Positions 1-9,903 are shown, counted from the stretch's first letter. The stretch: DNA of 32,000 bases from Promethearchaeota archaeon (GCA_016933055.1 JAFGBS010000033.1:65693-97692), one strand, 5' to 3'. Made by a program: numbers and translations. The notes: generated by a model not told the origin, from the letters alone.

Positions 1-2
1 AA

Positions 3-3000
3 AGGATTACTATAATAAATGCTTCGCAATATAATGTATCTGAATATGCTTATTATAGATCACCTAAAACTGATATATTAATAAAAAATGAAAATCTTTC
101 GATGGGAATACCAAATAATTGGGAAACATCCGTACTTTCTTTATCTGTCCCGTCTGTTTTTGAAGCCCTGGAAATTTTTAATGACTATGGTTTAAATGGT
201 GATTTTTCGGGTGGAACTGCAAATCCATGGGAATACTATACCACTCATTCTTGGTACAGTGGAATTCCCATGAGTGAGCCATATGCAAATTTTACGTATG
301 ATTCGTTAGATGAAAATGCATATGCAGATTTTTATGGAGGGAATAAAGGATTTCCCGTGAGAAGTGACTTCACGGAACCTGCTTTTTTTGGCGCTGCATC
401 CACAACAATTCCAGATTTCGATAAATCTGATTCAAATCTCGAATTCGGAGAATTGTATGAAGAAGAAACGACCGAATTTTCTATCAATGATGAATTTTTT
501 GAGGACCCTGAATATAATGTAATTCTTGATCCCTATGGCGGATACCGGGGAAATTCAAAAGTCACAGGAAATTGGATTGCTGGAATTAATGCATTAGAAA
601 ATATAATTGATACAAGATGGTCTTTGTTGTATGGTTATGGTTCACCTAGTGTGTGCTTCAGTACTCCCTTTTACATTCCTTTTGAAGCTGATAGCGTATC
701 AATCACTTTTCGTTGGAGTGTCGAAAATTTAGGCTATGAATATGCTGATGATTTTTTGGTAGCTTCAAGGATTAATCATCAGTATATTAATGGTAGTGTA
801 GGATTATATGGAGAAGATTATTCCGTAGATACTCTTGATTACACTGTTTTAGAATATGATGGTACTAGATCAGGATATGGAAGCGGAGACATAAGGAGCC
901 ATGAGTACTGGGAGAGAACTTATAACATTACTGAGTTATTAGGACCATATGGATATCATGCAGGATGGCATACTCTCGATTTTGGTATTGCTCTATTGAG
1001 TCCAGATAGCACCGATGATGATGTTATTGTTAATTGGGACTATATTATGATCAATGCTACTCATTATGATTGGTATAAATCCGCAGAATTAAATTTTGAA
1101 TTTCTTTGGGAAGATTTAGGGAGCACCGACCCTAATGGAAATCTCGCATTTTCCATATACATTGGAGAAGAGGGAACAGATAATTTCATGAGATATTTTA
1201 TTGGATATAGCACCCAATTACAAGAAGGTAGTTGGAATGAAGCGAGTATAATTCTTCCTCAACACTATCACAAAGCTTTTGAAGTAGATACCTTCAATTT
1301 TTTTGTGGGAATGGAAGATGCTGGACCATTAGTAGGCCCTCCTGAAACAACTGTTGGATTTTACCGAAGATTAACCGTAGATAATTTCTACTTAACCGTT
1401 AATTTTGACCTAGGTCCCCCTGAAACTTTGGGATTAGAAATGAAACTTAATGATGGAACTAATTGGATGCAAGTCAATAGTACAAACGAGATTTATACTG
1501 AAATCCAATCTACCACTTTAGAGGTGCAGTTTAATTTAACTACCAATCCTATATCAGATTCATACATTCGGTTTCAAGCTTATATAGTAGCGAAAAAATT
1601 TTCTGAACATCAAGCATTTTCAACAGTTAGTATTCACTCATTTAATGACCTATCTGCGCTGTGGAACACAACCTATAACAATACAGAGTCTGTCAATGAA
1701 TTTGATGACCCTTCCTTGTTGGGTGCAAATTCTAAATTTCTACTTTACTTATTGCGATTTGAAAACCTTCCAGCTTTCGATGGGATGGGTGACAATTCTA
1801 ACGATTGGAATGTATACCGAGCAGTGGACCCAAATGCACGTGATCAAACCCTCCGGATTATAAAAAATAGTAATGATCCTTTTCTTCAGAACATTACGAT
1901 ATATAACGCTACGTCAGGGAATCGAGGATCTCTTACACGAGGTTTATGGGAGTTAGATTCAAGTCAGGTTAATTATATGGTTAATGGAAGTCTCTATCTT
2001 GATGGTGGGATCAATAACGAGATATATTATAATGGGGACCTTGCAGAATATCATTTATATGTTAGAAATTCCAGTGGAATTTTTGGAAACTACAAAACTC
2101 AAATTTGGAATGCCACGTTGAATACAACAACGAATTTTCCAAAATACTATTCCAATGTAAATAACGCTACGTATGATTGGACGGTCTTTGATGAGGGAGT
2201 AGGATTATACCGGTTGTATAATCTTTGGAATGATACAAATTCCTTAAATCAGACTCGTAGACTTGGATGGTATCGGGACACTTTCGAAGTCTGGCGGCAT
2301 ACCACCGCTTCAATTCTTGAGGGGACGCTGGGAGTCACTGTAAGCTCAGGCGAATCTGCAGTCTATCATATTCAGTTTAATCAGACTAGTGTTGGTACCT
2401 CCGGTGTCACTGGTGCGCATATATATGCGTATAATGCAAGTTCTGGTAATTTATGGGGTAGAGATATTCCTCCTTATGTATATCTATTAGATTATTTAAC
2501 TGATGATTCTGGAGGCGCCTACACAATCGCCCTGAAAACGATTTCTGTCCCAACTGGAAGCTATCAAGTCAATTTTACTATCTACAAAGCCTTTCATGAA
2601 ATTTTTATAACATTGAATACGGGACTGACGATTACAGGTGCCTTGGGAAGTATGGATATAACCTATAATTCGGGAGCTTTTATCTATCAAGCATCTCCCA
2701 CAAGATTATATTTGGACTCAAATAATATCCCCTACGTAAATGATTCTACAAATTCAGTTATCGAAATAACCTTGGAGGATTCTACTAGCAGTGCACGACT
2801 AAGGGATGCATATATTTCAGCTTCGTTTAATGACTCAAGTAGTAGTTTGATGATTGCTCGTGAAAAATATTCCATTACGTTTGTAGAAAGTGATAAAGGA
2901 GTATATATTCTGACAATAAATACTGTAAATCTTCATGTTACGAACGGGTCTCCTTTTTTTAATTATACTCTACAAATATCGTATTATAAACCAGGTTACG

Positions 3001-5648
3001 CCTTAAAAGTACATCGAGTGGAGGTTCAAATCGATCCAGTTCCCTTAGTTATTACTCCAGAACCTATTCTTCCACAATATGAAGAAGAGATATTAACGAT
3101 ACAAGCGACAACTTTCGCTAATAACACCGGGATTCTTAGTGCTTATGAATTTTGTGAGCTGAATTATTCCGTATATAATTCTTCGGGATACATTTTTGGG
3201 GGATCTTTACCGAAAAAGATATTTAATTTCTTTGAAATTAATATTGAGCTAATTAGCACTCATGATTTACATCCTGGTGAATATTACGTAATATTGAATG
3301 GAACTGGTATTGATCTTTCTACATCAGTTTCTGGAAGTTTACCATTTACCATTTATTCAAAATATGTGACTCTATTAAGCTTAACTTTTCCAAATGAAGT
3401 CAGAATCGGCAATTATTTTAGTATATCCTCAAAATTACAGTATGCTAATCTCACAGTTTTAGCTAGTGAGGAAATTTTCCTTACTATTAATTACTCGACA
3501 ATCTACTCGTTCCAGGTAAGTGTACAAACTGATTATCAAGGTAGAGGAATTTATGAACTTCTGATTCCTGAATATTACGAGGGAAATGATTTTACAGTGT
3601 ATGCTCAATATTTTGGGACCAATATATTAAACCCATCTCAGACTATAAAAAACCAGATTATATTAGGTAAAATTCCTGTGAATATTACTTTTATAGATAC
3701 ACCTGAAACCATCCAAGTAGGATATAGTGTGACATACCAAGCGACACTTTCAATTCTTTATGAACAAGACTACGAAGGAAAAATTCTCACTATGTATGGA
3801 TATTACGATTTTGATGGTAATCTCTCCCAACCTTTTCTCATAAGGGAATTAGCAGCGAGTAGTGATGGATTGGTATCCTATACAATAGACGAAATTGAGA
3901 ATGGTCATATAAATCTATCAGTATTTTTGGAATTTCAAGGAGATATTAGTACAGAGGATCAATTTAATTCCATAAATGGATCTATAATTCCGAAATGGGA
4001 CTCATCTTTTGTATTACAGAATTTTCCCAGCACCATGCGTCTTGGACAGACAGTTCCAATCGATTTGACTTTAAATTCCACAAACATCACCTTTTCGGAA
4101 TCCTTTGCCGTAATGCCCATCATCATTAAATTTGATTATGGCACCGTTAAACAGGAATTTCTCTACTATACAGATGAAAATGGTACACTCTCTTACAATG
4201 TAAAAATTCCCGATTCTGATGTATCCGTTGTTAACTACTCGGTATATTTTCCTGGGACTTCTAAGATCGAACCGTTTCTAATATCAGGTTCTATGCTAAT
4301 ACTACCCAAACTCGGTACAATACTTGAGATGGATAGTTTTGTATTGGGTCAGCAACGTACTGGAACTTTTTCATATTCCGCTATTTTGCAAGATGAATTC
4401 GGTTTCCCGGTGCCAAACGCCACAGTATACTTCAGAATCTACGATGAAAATGATCTGCTTATTGATTCACCGTTTACAACCACTAATAAAGAGGGTGTAG
4501 CAGCGATCTCAATAACTTTTGAGCAATCAGGGACTTATAAAATAATCGCAGAATTTGATGGAACGGGGATCTATTCAACAACCACGTCCCAAGAAATCAT
4601 AGTGGAAGCTGTATCAGATTTGATGTATTTTGTCGGATTTTTACCTTATATAGGTGGTTCTCTTGCAGTTGTTGTGGCAGGTGGTTTTATTTATCAGTAT
4701 GCTGTCGTAGTACCTAGAAGAAAGAAGCGTCTCAGATCTTTGAAAGCGATTCATCAAAGGTTTTCTGATGTTGAAAATATTCAATATATCTTAATTCTAA
4801 CGAAAACAGGTCTATCTGTTTTTTCTCGATCTTTTACCAGTGTTCCTATTGAGGAAACTCTTATTTCTGGATTTCTAAGTGCAATCTCCAGTTTCGGGGC
4901 AGAGATTGGTACGAAAATGAAACAAAGCGAATCAACTGATAAAGGATTGGAACAACTTTCCTATAAACAGTTCAAGATTATTGTTGATGACCTTGCTATT
5001 GTCCGTACAGCTCTATTACTTCTAAAAGATGCATCTCCTGATTTAAAGGAAAAACTTCGTCGATTTAATCTCCGTTTCCAAGAGAAATATATGGGGATCC
5101 TTCAAAACTGGACAGGGGAGATCCCCGCAGAAGGTCCGATTTTGGAAATGGTTGAAGAATTTTTAGAGGTTGATCTACTTTATCCTCACAATGTTAATGT
5201 GGCAAAATTAAATGAAAACTTGAAAACCTTGGAAAAGAAATCTATCAATCACAAGATTTTGGAAGCTGCCCACAGTGAACCATTCGGTGATGTTTTCTAC
5301 ATTCGGGAGATGATGAACCATTTACGGGCAACTGGGGAAGAAGACATTCATATCTTCAATGGAATAATCGAACTTGTAGAAAAAAATGCCATTTTTGCCA
5401 TTAATCCCCGTACTAGGATTCTCATTGATCAATTTAAACCGATCATAGACCAACTAAGCGAGGATGCGAAAATTGTTTTATTACAAATTTACGATGGGAA
5501 TAAGAATGAATCTAAGCTGCGTAGAATAAAAGAAATTTCCAATTTTGATCAAGGATCAAGAAGTTTGATTCAAATGGGTTTAATACAACAGGATTTATCT
5601 TTAACACCGGCGGGAGAGGCGATTGCAACAATCCTTAAACTAATATAG
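3..5648 (+). CDS. Giant single-pass surface (glyco)protein, 5'-truncated by the window edge: jelly-roll/Ig-like ectodomain, one TM helix, cytoplasmic longin-like domain and two winged-helix-like segments
   Basis: The frame of the 102..5648 ORF is open back to position 3 (RITIINASQYNVSEY...), so the true start lies upstream of the window. Ectodomain is beta-rich in T/S/Y/N with Ig-like motifs (GSYQVNF, PGEYYVILNG, SGTYKIIAEFDGTG). TM about 4623..4712 followed by RRKKR. Longin-like pattern at 4779..5165. C-terminal wHTH-like end (SLIQMGLIQQDLSLTPAGEAIA). Confidence 0.85.
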   Translation, partial: RITIINASQYNVSEYAYYRSPKTDILIKNENLSMGIPNNWETSVLSLSVPSVFEALEIFNDYGLNGDFSGGTANPWEYYTTHSWYSGIPMSEPYANFTYDSLDENAYADFYGGNKGFPVRSDFTEPAFFGAASTTIPDFDKSDSNLEFGELYEEETTEFSINDEFFEDPEYNVILDPYGGYRGNSKVTGNWIAGINALENIIDTRWSLLYGYGSPSVCFSTPFYIPFEADSVSITFRWSVENLGYEYADDFLVASRINHQYINGSVGLYGEDYSVDTLDYTVLEYDGTRSGYGSGDIRSHEYWERTYNITELLGPYGYHAGWHTLDFGIALLSPDSTDDDVIVNWDYIMINATHYDWYKSAELNFEFLWEDLGSTDPNGNLAFSIYIGEEGTDNFMRYFIGYSTQLQEGSWNEASIILPQHYHKAFEVDTFNFFVGMEDAGPLVGPPETTVGFYRRLTVDNFYLTVNFDLGPPETLGLEMKLNDGTNWMQVNSTNEIYTEIQSTTLEVQFNLTTNPISDSYIRFQAYIVAKKFSEHQAFSTVSIHSFNDLSALWNTTYNNTESVNEFDDPSLLGANSKFLLYLLRFENLPAFDGMGDNSNDWNVYRAVDPNARDQTLRIIKNSNDPFLQNITIYNATSGNRGSLTRGLWELDSSQVNYMVNGSLYLDGGINNEIYYNGDLAEYHLYVRNSSGIFGNYKTQIWNATLNTTTNFPKYYSNVNNATYDWTVFDEGVGLYRLYNLWNDTNSLNQTRRLGWYRDTFEVWRHTTASILEGTLGVTVSSGESAVYHIQFNQTSVGTSGVTGAHIYAYNASSGNLWGRDIPPYVYLLDYLTDDSGGAYTIALKTISVPTGSYQVNFTIYKAFHEIFITLNTGLTITGALGSMDITYNSGAFIYQASPTRLYLDSNNIPYVNDSTNSVIEITLEDSTSSARLRDAYISASFNDSSSSLMIAREKYSITFVESDKGVYILTINTVNLHVTNGSPFFNYTLQISYYKPGYALKVHRVEVQIDPVPLVITPEPILPQYEEEILTIQATTFANNTGILSAYEFCELNYSVYNSSGYIFGGSLPKKIFNFFEINIELISTHDLHPGEYYVILNGTGIDLSTSVSGSLPFTIYSKYVTLLSLTFPNEVRIGNYFSISSKLQYANLTVLASEEIFLTINYSTIYSFQVSVQTDYQGRGIYELLIPEYYEGNDFTVYAQYFGTNILNPSQTIKNQIILGKIPVNITFIDTPETIQVGYSVTYQATLSILYEQDYEGKILTMYGYYDFDGNLSQPFLIRELAASSDGLVSYTIDEIENGHINLSVFLEFQGDISTEDQFNSINGSIIPKWDSSFVLQNFPSTMRLGQTVPIDLTLNSTNITFSESFAVMPIIIKFDYGTVKQEFLYYTDENGTLSYNVKIPDSDVSVVNYSVYFPGTSKIEPFLISGSMLILPKLGTILEMDSFVLGQQRTGTFSYSAILQDEFGFPVPNATVYFRIYDENDLLIDSPFTTTNKEGVAAISITFEQSGTYKIIAEFDGTGIYSTTTSQEIIVEAVSDLMYFVGFLPYIGGSLAVVVAGGFIYQYAVVVPRRKKRLRSLKAIHQRFSDVENIQYILILTKTGLSVFSRSFTSVPIEETLISGFLSAISSFGAEIGTKMKQSESTDKGLEQLSYKQFKIIVDDLAIVRTALLLLKDASPDLKEKLRRFNLRFQEKYMGILQNWTGEIPAEGPILEMVEEFLEVDLLYPHNVNVAKLNENLKTLEKKSINHKILEAAHSEPFGDVFYIREMMNHLRATGEEDIHIFNGIIELVEKNAIFAINPRTRILIDQFKPIIDQLSEDAKIVLLQIYDGNKNESKLRRIKEISNFDQGSRSLIQMGLIQQDLSLTPAGEAIATILKLI

Positions 5649-5654
5649 TTTAAT

Positions 5655-5662
5655 AAAAAAAA
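5655..5662 (-). terminator. Oligo-T tract (T8 on minus strand), candidate archaeal terminator of the 7TM gene
   Basis: A8 run on + lies 5 nt past the 7TM stop codon in a 19-bp convergent gap. Archaeal intrinsic terminators are oligo-T tracts. Confidence 0.35.
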
Positions 5663-5667
5663 TATAA

Positions 5668-6450
5668 TTACTTACTTTTTTCATCTATTTTAGTAGTCTT
5701 AATCTCCCCTTTTTTTTTCGAGCGGATAGCTAATCCTGAGAACATAACAATGATTGAAATGGAAATAATTGCGAAAGATGCAATGTCCATTATCTGGCTA
5801 ATTGTATTTTGTAAAGCCCCATAGAAGGGTAATTGCCCCATAACATTCACAATGGTTCCACCAATCGCAATCAAAACACCGAGTAAAAATCTCTTCATAT
5901 TACGATTCTTCAAACCGGTAGTTTTTTTCACACCATAGTTGTACAAGACTAAGCATGCACTAATCAAGAAAATGAATAATAATATAATGAGAGGGAATAA
6001 TATATAGAGATTCAAGGTAGTATCTACAGGCTGATAGGTATTGATAGTAATCCAATCCGGAATGAATAGCGGTCGTGTCCAAATTATTAGCATCAATGAA
6101 TATACACTGCATAATATGATCCATGGCAAGGTATTCTTCTTGAATGTTATCCACAATCTACTGTGTGCTTGCATCATCATAGCAAAATACAATAACATTC
6201 CTGCAAAAAGTATAGAAATCAGACTTACACGAATAAAGATTAATATAAATATATCCTTGCTTGCATCTATTGCTAAAAGATCATAGATTAACACTCCCCC
6301 GGTATAAAATCCTAACAATAAAAATGAAGTTGCTAGATATATATTTGGCAAGTTTTTTCTTGATCTGAAAAAAACCAATATTGCACAAATGAATCCCGTA
6401 GCCGTGGTTATTCCTTCAAAAACCACTTTGAGAATGAATTCTGCTTCCAT
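5668..6450 (-). CDS. Stand-alone 7-TM membrane protein (HisKA_7TM-like sensor module without kinase)
   Basis: Seven hydrophobic stretches counted by eye, short basic C-tail, no catalytic domain. Confidence 0.7.
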   Translation of the reverse strand: MEAEFILKVVFEGITTATGFICAILVFFRSRKNLPNIYLATSFLLLGFYTGGVLIYDLLAIDASKDIFILIFIRVSLISILFAGMLLYFAMMMQAHSRLWITFKKNTLPWIILCSVYSLMLIIWTRPLFIPDWITINTYQPVDTTLNLYILFPLIILLFIFLISACLVLYNYGVKKTTGLKNRNMKRFLLGVLIAIGGTIVNVMGQLPFYGALQNTISQIMDIASFAIISISIIVMFSGLAIRSKKKGEIKTTKIDEKSK

Positions 6451-6715
6451 ATTTTTCTATCGTTATCTCTCCTTTTATTCTTATTTACTGATTCTATTAT
6501 ACTAATAGTTCACCCAAATGGAAAATCAATACATTTTTTTGATTTGGATAATAATCCTTAACTTTTTAGAAAATCAGAGATGATTAGGGATTCAACTAAC
6601 TCAATAGAAACCTATGTATCTCATACTTTATTATTCCTGTATTTTTAGGTATAATTCCGTGGGCTGCTTTCCGATTCACTTGACCAGTTTTACTCCGAAA
6701 AAATCATAATTTTGT

Positions 6716-7678
6716 TTATACTGGTTGTATCTTCACGGAAATGGGAGTGTTGAATCTTGTATTTTTATTATTAAGAGCTTGAATTATAGCATTATCCCAA
6801 GAAATAAGATCATGATATTCTGGTAATAATTTCCGAATCAATGAATCTTGAAAATGAGCACCTCGCCAGGAAAATGCCAATATAATTTTAGCCATATTGT
6901 TTAGTTTGCCCCATGATATGAAAATTGACGGTTTCATTTTTTGGAAAGGTGTTTGGATTAAGGAGGAATGTTTATTGAGAAATAAATCGAGTGGAATATG
7001 ATAAGAAGGTACATGAAAACTTTGGTTATAAGCTGGTTTTTCAATCAATATAGAAATTAATTCACATAAATTATCCACTGGCATGATGGAGATTAATTTT
7101 TTTCCTTTTCCGAAATAAAATACCTGCTTATTTTTAATTAACTCAACCAGTTTAGGAGAGACCATGCAATCTCCTTTTCCGATCATAAGTGGTAATCTTA
7201 ACACAGTAAAAGGGATTCCAGATTTTAGAACTACTACTTCCGCTTGAGCCTTGCTTCTTGAATATTTTGAAAACAAAAAATGAGGGCGTATCTTGGTTGA
7301 ATATTCATCTCGATTTTGACCCAATGTCCGAAATCCGTACACTGACACGGAACTTAGGTATATGAAATTTTTGCAATTCTTCTGTTTTGCGTAATCAATG
7401 ATTTTTCTTGTACCATCTACATTGGTCTGTTTTAATGTCTTAAATCGAGCATTATCATCGAGTAAACCAATAGTATGGATAATAACATCAAAATCAATAT
7501 CATTGAAAACTGTGGCACAAGAATCTTTGTTAATATCAAACACAAATTCTCTTTTGTCTAAAGGTGGTCGAGATCGGGTAGTTCCATAGGTTTCGTAGCC
7601 TTTTTCATCAAGAAATTTTCTGATTGCATAACCTAGGAATCCCGAACTGCCAGTGATTAGAATTTTCATAAGTTTCAT
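6716..7678 (-). CDS. Extended SDR, NAD(P)-dependent epimerase/dehydratase, 3beta-HSD/OleD-like
   Basis: TGSSGFLG Rossmann motif, NVDGT, YLSSVSVYG, YSRSK (YxxxK) followed by AEVVVL, and LRLPLMIGKGD resembling the 3beta-HSD/NSDHL RPxxIxGxGD segment. Confidence 0.8.
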   Translation of the reverse strand: MKLMKILITGSSGFLGYAIRKFLDEKGYETYGTTRSRPPLDKREFVFDINKDSCATVFNDIDFDVIIHTIGLLDDNARFKTLKQTNVDGTRKIIDYAKQKNCKNFIYLSSVSVYGFRTLGQNRDEYSTKIRPHFLFSKYSRSKAQAEVVVLKSGIPFTVLRLPLMIGKGDCMVSPKLVELIKNKQVFYFGKGKKLISIMPVDNLCELISILIEKPAYNQSFHVPSYHIPLDLFLNKHSSLIQTPFQKMKPSIFISWGKLNNMAKIILAFSWRGAHFQDSLIRKLLPEYHDLISWDNAIIQALNNKNTRFNTPISVKIQPV

Positions 7679-7728
7679 TTTTCAATTGAGTTTATAGGTA
7701 GAAAAAATACGATTAATCCCTCATCCAC

Positions 7729-8712
7729 TTAGATTTTCGATTTTTTTGTGTAGAATTCTGATTTTCTAAGCAAAATATATCGGGCAAGAGGCTTAAACAT
7801 CCATATAAAGAACCGTTTACCGCGAATTCGTTTCTTCATTGTGTCATAGACGTCTCGCAAAGTATGTCTTTGATAATGGAATTTATCTTGAGATTCAACG
7901 GTATCAAGGTATCCACAATGATATCCTTCAGTACTGAATGCTTCTGGTGGAAGTAAATTTCTTCCTAATCCATATATTTCCATCATATCGTCCAAATAAT
8001 CTTTATAGGTAATTCTGCAATTCTCTCCACCTGCTATGTGGTACGTATTTCCCCAAATATCAATACAATCCACTGCATTAGCAAGAGCTAATCCTACATC
8101 CTTTGAATGGCAAATCTCAAGACTGGTCGCGAGAGGCATTTTGAACATAGTTGGCTGAAATTGTACTCGATAAGGTTCAACTATATAGGTTAATCTGAAA
8201 ATTGCAAAATCAATCCCTGACTCTTTGATGATCTTTTCTGCTTTAATTTTAGTTTTGGCATATTCATCCCCTTTACTCGGTTGTACGGGATCCGATTTCT
8301 TAATGAATGGATTACGTACTCGATCGCCATATATTGAAATAGAGGATGTGAATATGAGTTTTGTATTCGGCGAGGATTCTTGAATGATAGAGATGATATT
8401 TTTTGTCCCTCCCACGTTCACTTGTTCTGCCAATTTTGGGCGTAAATCTGCAAGTGGTGGTATTATTGCTCCCAGATGGATTACGACATCTTGTCGTTTG
8501 ATAGCGGGAATAAGATCTTCTCTTTTTCGTAGATCTCCCCAAATGATTTCAACTTTTTTCCTCAATTTCCTCGCAATCAAGCGATTCTTTGGATTTTTGA
8601 GCTCAAAGATAGTTATTTTATAACCTTTATTCAGTAATTCTTCTAAAGTGGAGGATCCAACGTTTCCGAATGCTCCCGTCAATAATACTCGTTTTGTCAT
8701 TGCAGTTACCAT
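7729..8712 (-). CDS. Extended SDR, NAD-dependent epimerase/dehydratase, 3beta-HSD-like
   Basis: TGAFGNVG, HLGAIIPP, NVGGT, FTSSISIYG, YAKTK (YxxxK). Acidic residue at the end of beta2 (ITIFE). Confidence 0.8.
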   Translation of the reverse strand: MVTAMTKRVLLTGAFGNVGSSTLEELLNKGYKITIFELKNPKNRLIARKLRKKVEIIWGDLRKREDLIPAIKRQDVVIHLGAIIPPLADLRPKLAEQVNVGGTKNIISIIQESSPNTKLIFTSSISIYGDRVRNPFIKKSDPVQPSKGDEYAKTKIKAEKIIKESGIDFAIFRLTYIVEPYRVQFQPTMFKMPLATSLEICHSKDVGLALANAVDCIDIWGNTYHIAGGENCRITYKDYLDDMMEIYGLGRNLLPPEAFSTEGYHCGYLDTVESQDKFHYQRHTLRDVYDTMKKRIRGKRFFIWMFKPLARYILLRKSEFYTKKSKI

Positions 8713-8990
8713 TTTTTATGATATACTTTCCTTAGATATGTAGTTATAACAATCATGCTTCTATTAATTAAAAGCAAGGAATGCTCAGAAATTTTGTATT
8801 TTTGAGCCAAAATTTTTGATACATCTATTATTTTTAACGATCATAATAGAAAATTCTCAATTCTTCCTACATTACTATAATAATTTGATTGTAAAGAATT
8901 TGGGTGTTGTTATCACAACTTCTTTAAATACTCCAGATCTCACTCATCTTCTCCTGAATTCTGAATTGGATGAGAAAGCGAAAATGTCGC

Positions 8991-9029
8991 TTGTTATATA
9001 TATATAGTATATTGTTAAATATATATAGT
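8991..9029. repeat. 18-bp direct repeat, 17/18 identical, 21-bp period (TTGTTA[T/A]ATATATATAGT)
   Basis: Copies read directly at 8991..9008 and 9012..9029, between the divergent SDR2 and HTH_10 genes. Confidence 0.75.
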
Positions 9030-9156
9030 TGATCATTAAAAAAAAATCGGTGAAAGTACAATTATTATTATCAAAATAACGAAAACTCATTTCTATTAAT
9101 TTCTGTGGTTCACACCGAAATTAAAATATAGGTTAATACTATTTATATGGTACACC

Positions 9157-9903
9157 ATGCGAATTCTTAGACTCCAAATATCCAGTGAAATGGTAAAAAA
9201 ATGGGGTTTCTCTCTATTTGATCAACTAGAATTCTTGGAAATCATCAATGTCTGGCAGTATTCGCAGACAAATTTCTTTTCCATTCAAAAATTGATCTTT
9301 AAAAAAGAATATGAAGCAATTTTAGACGACCTCCAAAAACTTAAAGAGAAATTAAGTGCCACCTATCTGCAAATAATTCGTAAAAAAGATAATGAAATTG
9401 TTTGCATTTTAAAACAACATCGGGATAGCGGTTTTTGGCCGATTATCTTACCAGGAGCTTGGGCGTTAGTCCCTCCTATTATTATTGATCCCGATTATAT
9501 TCTACTTACACTCGTAGCCCCGAAGGAATACATCCATAATTTGTTCCAAATGGTCAAAATGTTTACAGAAGATTACACAGTACTCGCTGTTGAAAGGATG
9601 AATGATGTTGACCATATCGAGGAATTATTGGGAGTTCATAATATGCCTTTTCCAACATTTACTGACCGTCAACGCGAAATAGCCAGCTACGCTGTTAGAA
9701 ATGGTTTTTATCATTCTCCAAAAAAGATCAGCGCCAAAAGTATTGCTGATAGGAAAGGAATATCAGTAAGTGCAGTGAATGAACACCTACGCAAGGTAGA
9801 GAAAGTAGCAATGGACTACTTTTTTGGGGAAAAAATTTCAAGTACTAATAAAAAGAAAAAAAAGTGGTTTGCAAGACCGTTTTCCTTCCTTAAACGTGAA
9901 TAA
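9157..9903 (+). CDS. Archaeal HTH_10 (bacterio-opsin activator-type HTH) transcriptional regulator
   Basis: C-terminal FTDRQREIASYAVRNGFYHSPKKISAKSIADRKGISVSAVNEHLRKVE matches the HTH_10 consensus (TxRQxExLxxAxxxGYYxxPR...LGIS...HLRxAE). Confidence 0.85.
   Translation: MRILRLQISSEMVKKWGFSLFDQLEFLEIINVWQYSQTNFFSIQKLIFKKEYEAILDDLQKLKEKLSATYLQIIRKKDNEIVCILKQHRDSGFWPIILPGAWALVPPIIIDPDYILLTLVAPKEYIHNLFQMVKMFTEDYTVLAVERMNDVDHIEELLGVHNMPFPTFTDRQREIASYAVRNGFYHSPKKISAKSIADRKGISVSAVNEHLRKVEKVAMDYFFGEKISSTNKKKKKWFARPFSFLKRE

Noticed and set aside
102-104. ATG at 102 as the start of the giant protein
   Set aside because: The frame is open to the window edge and there is no signal peptide after this Met.
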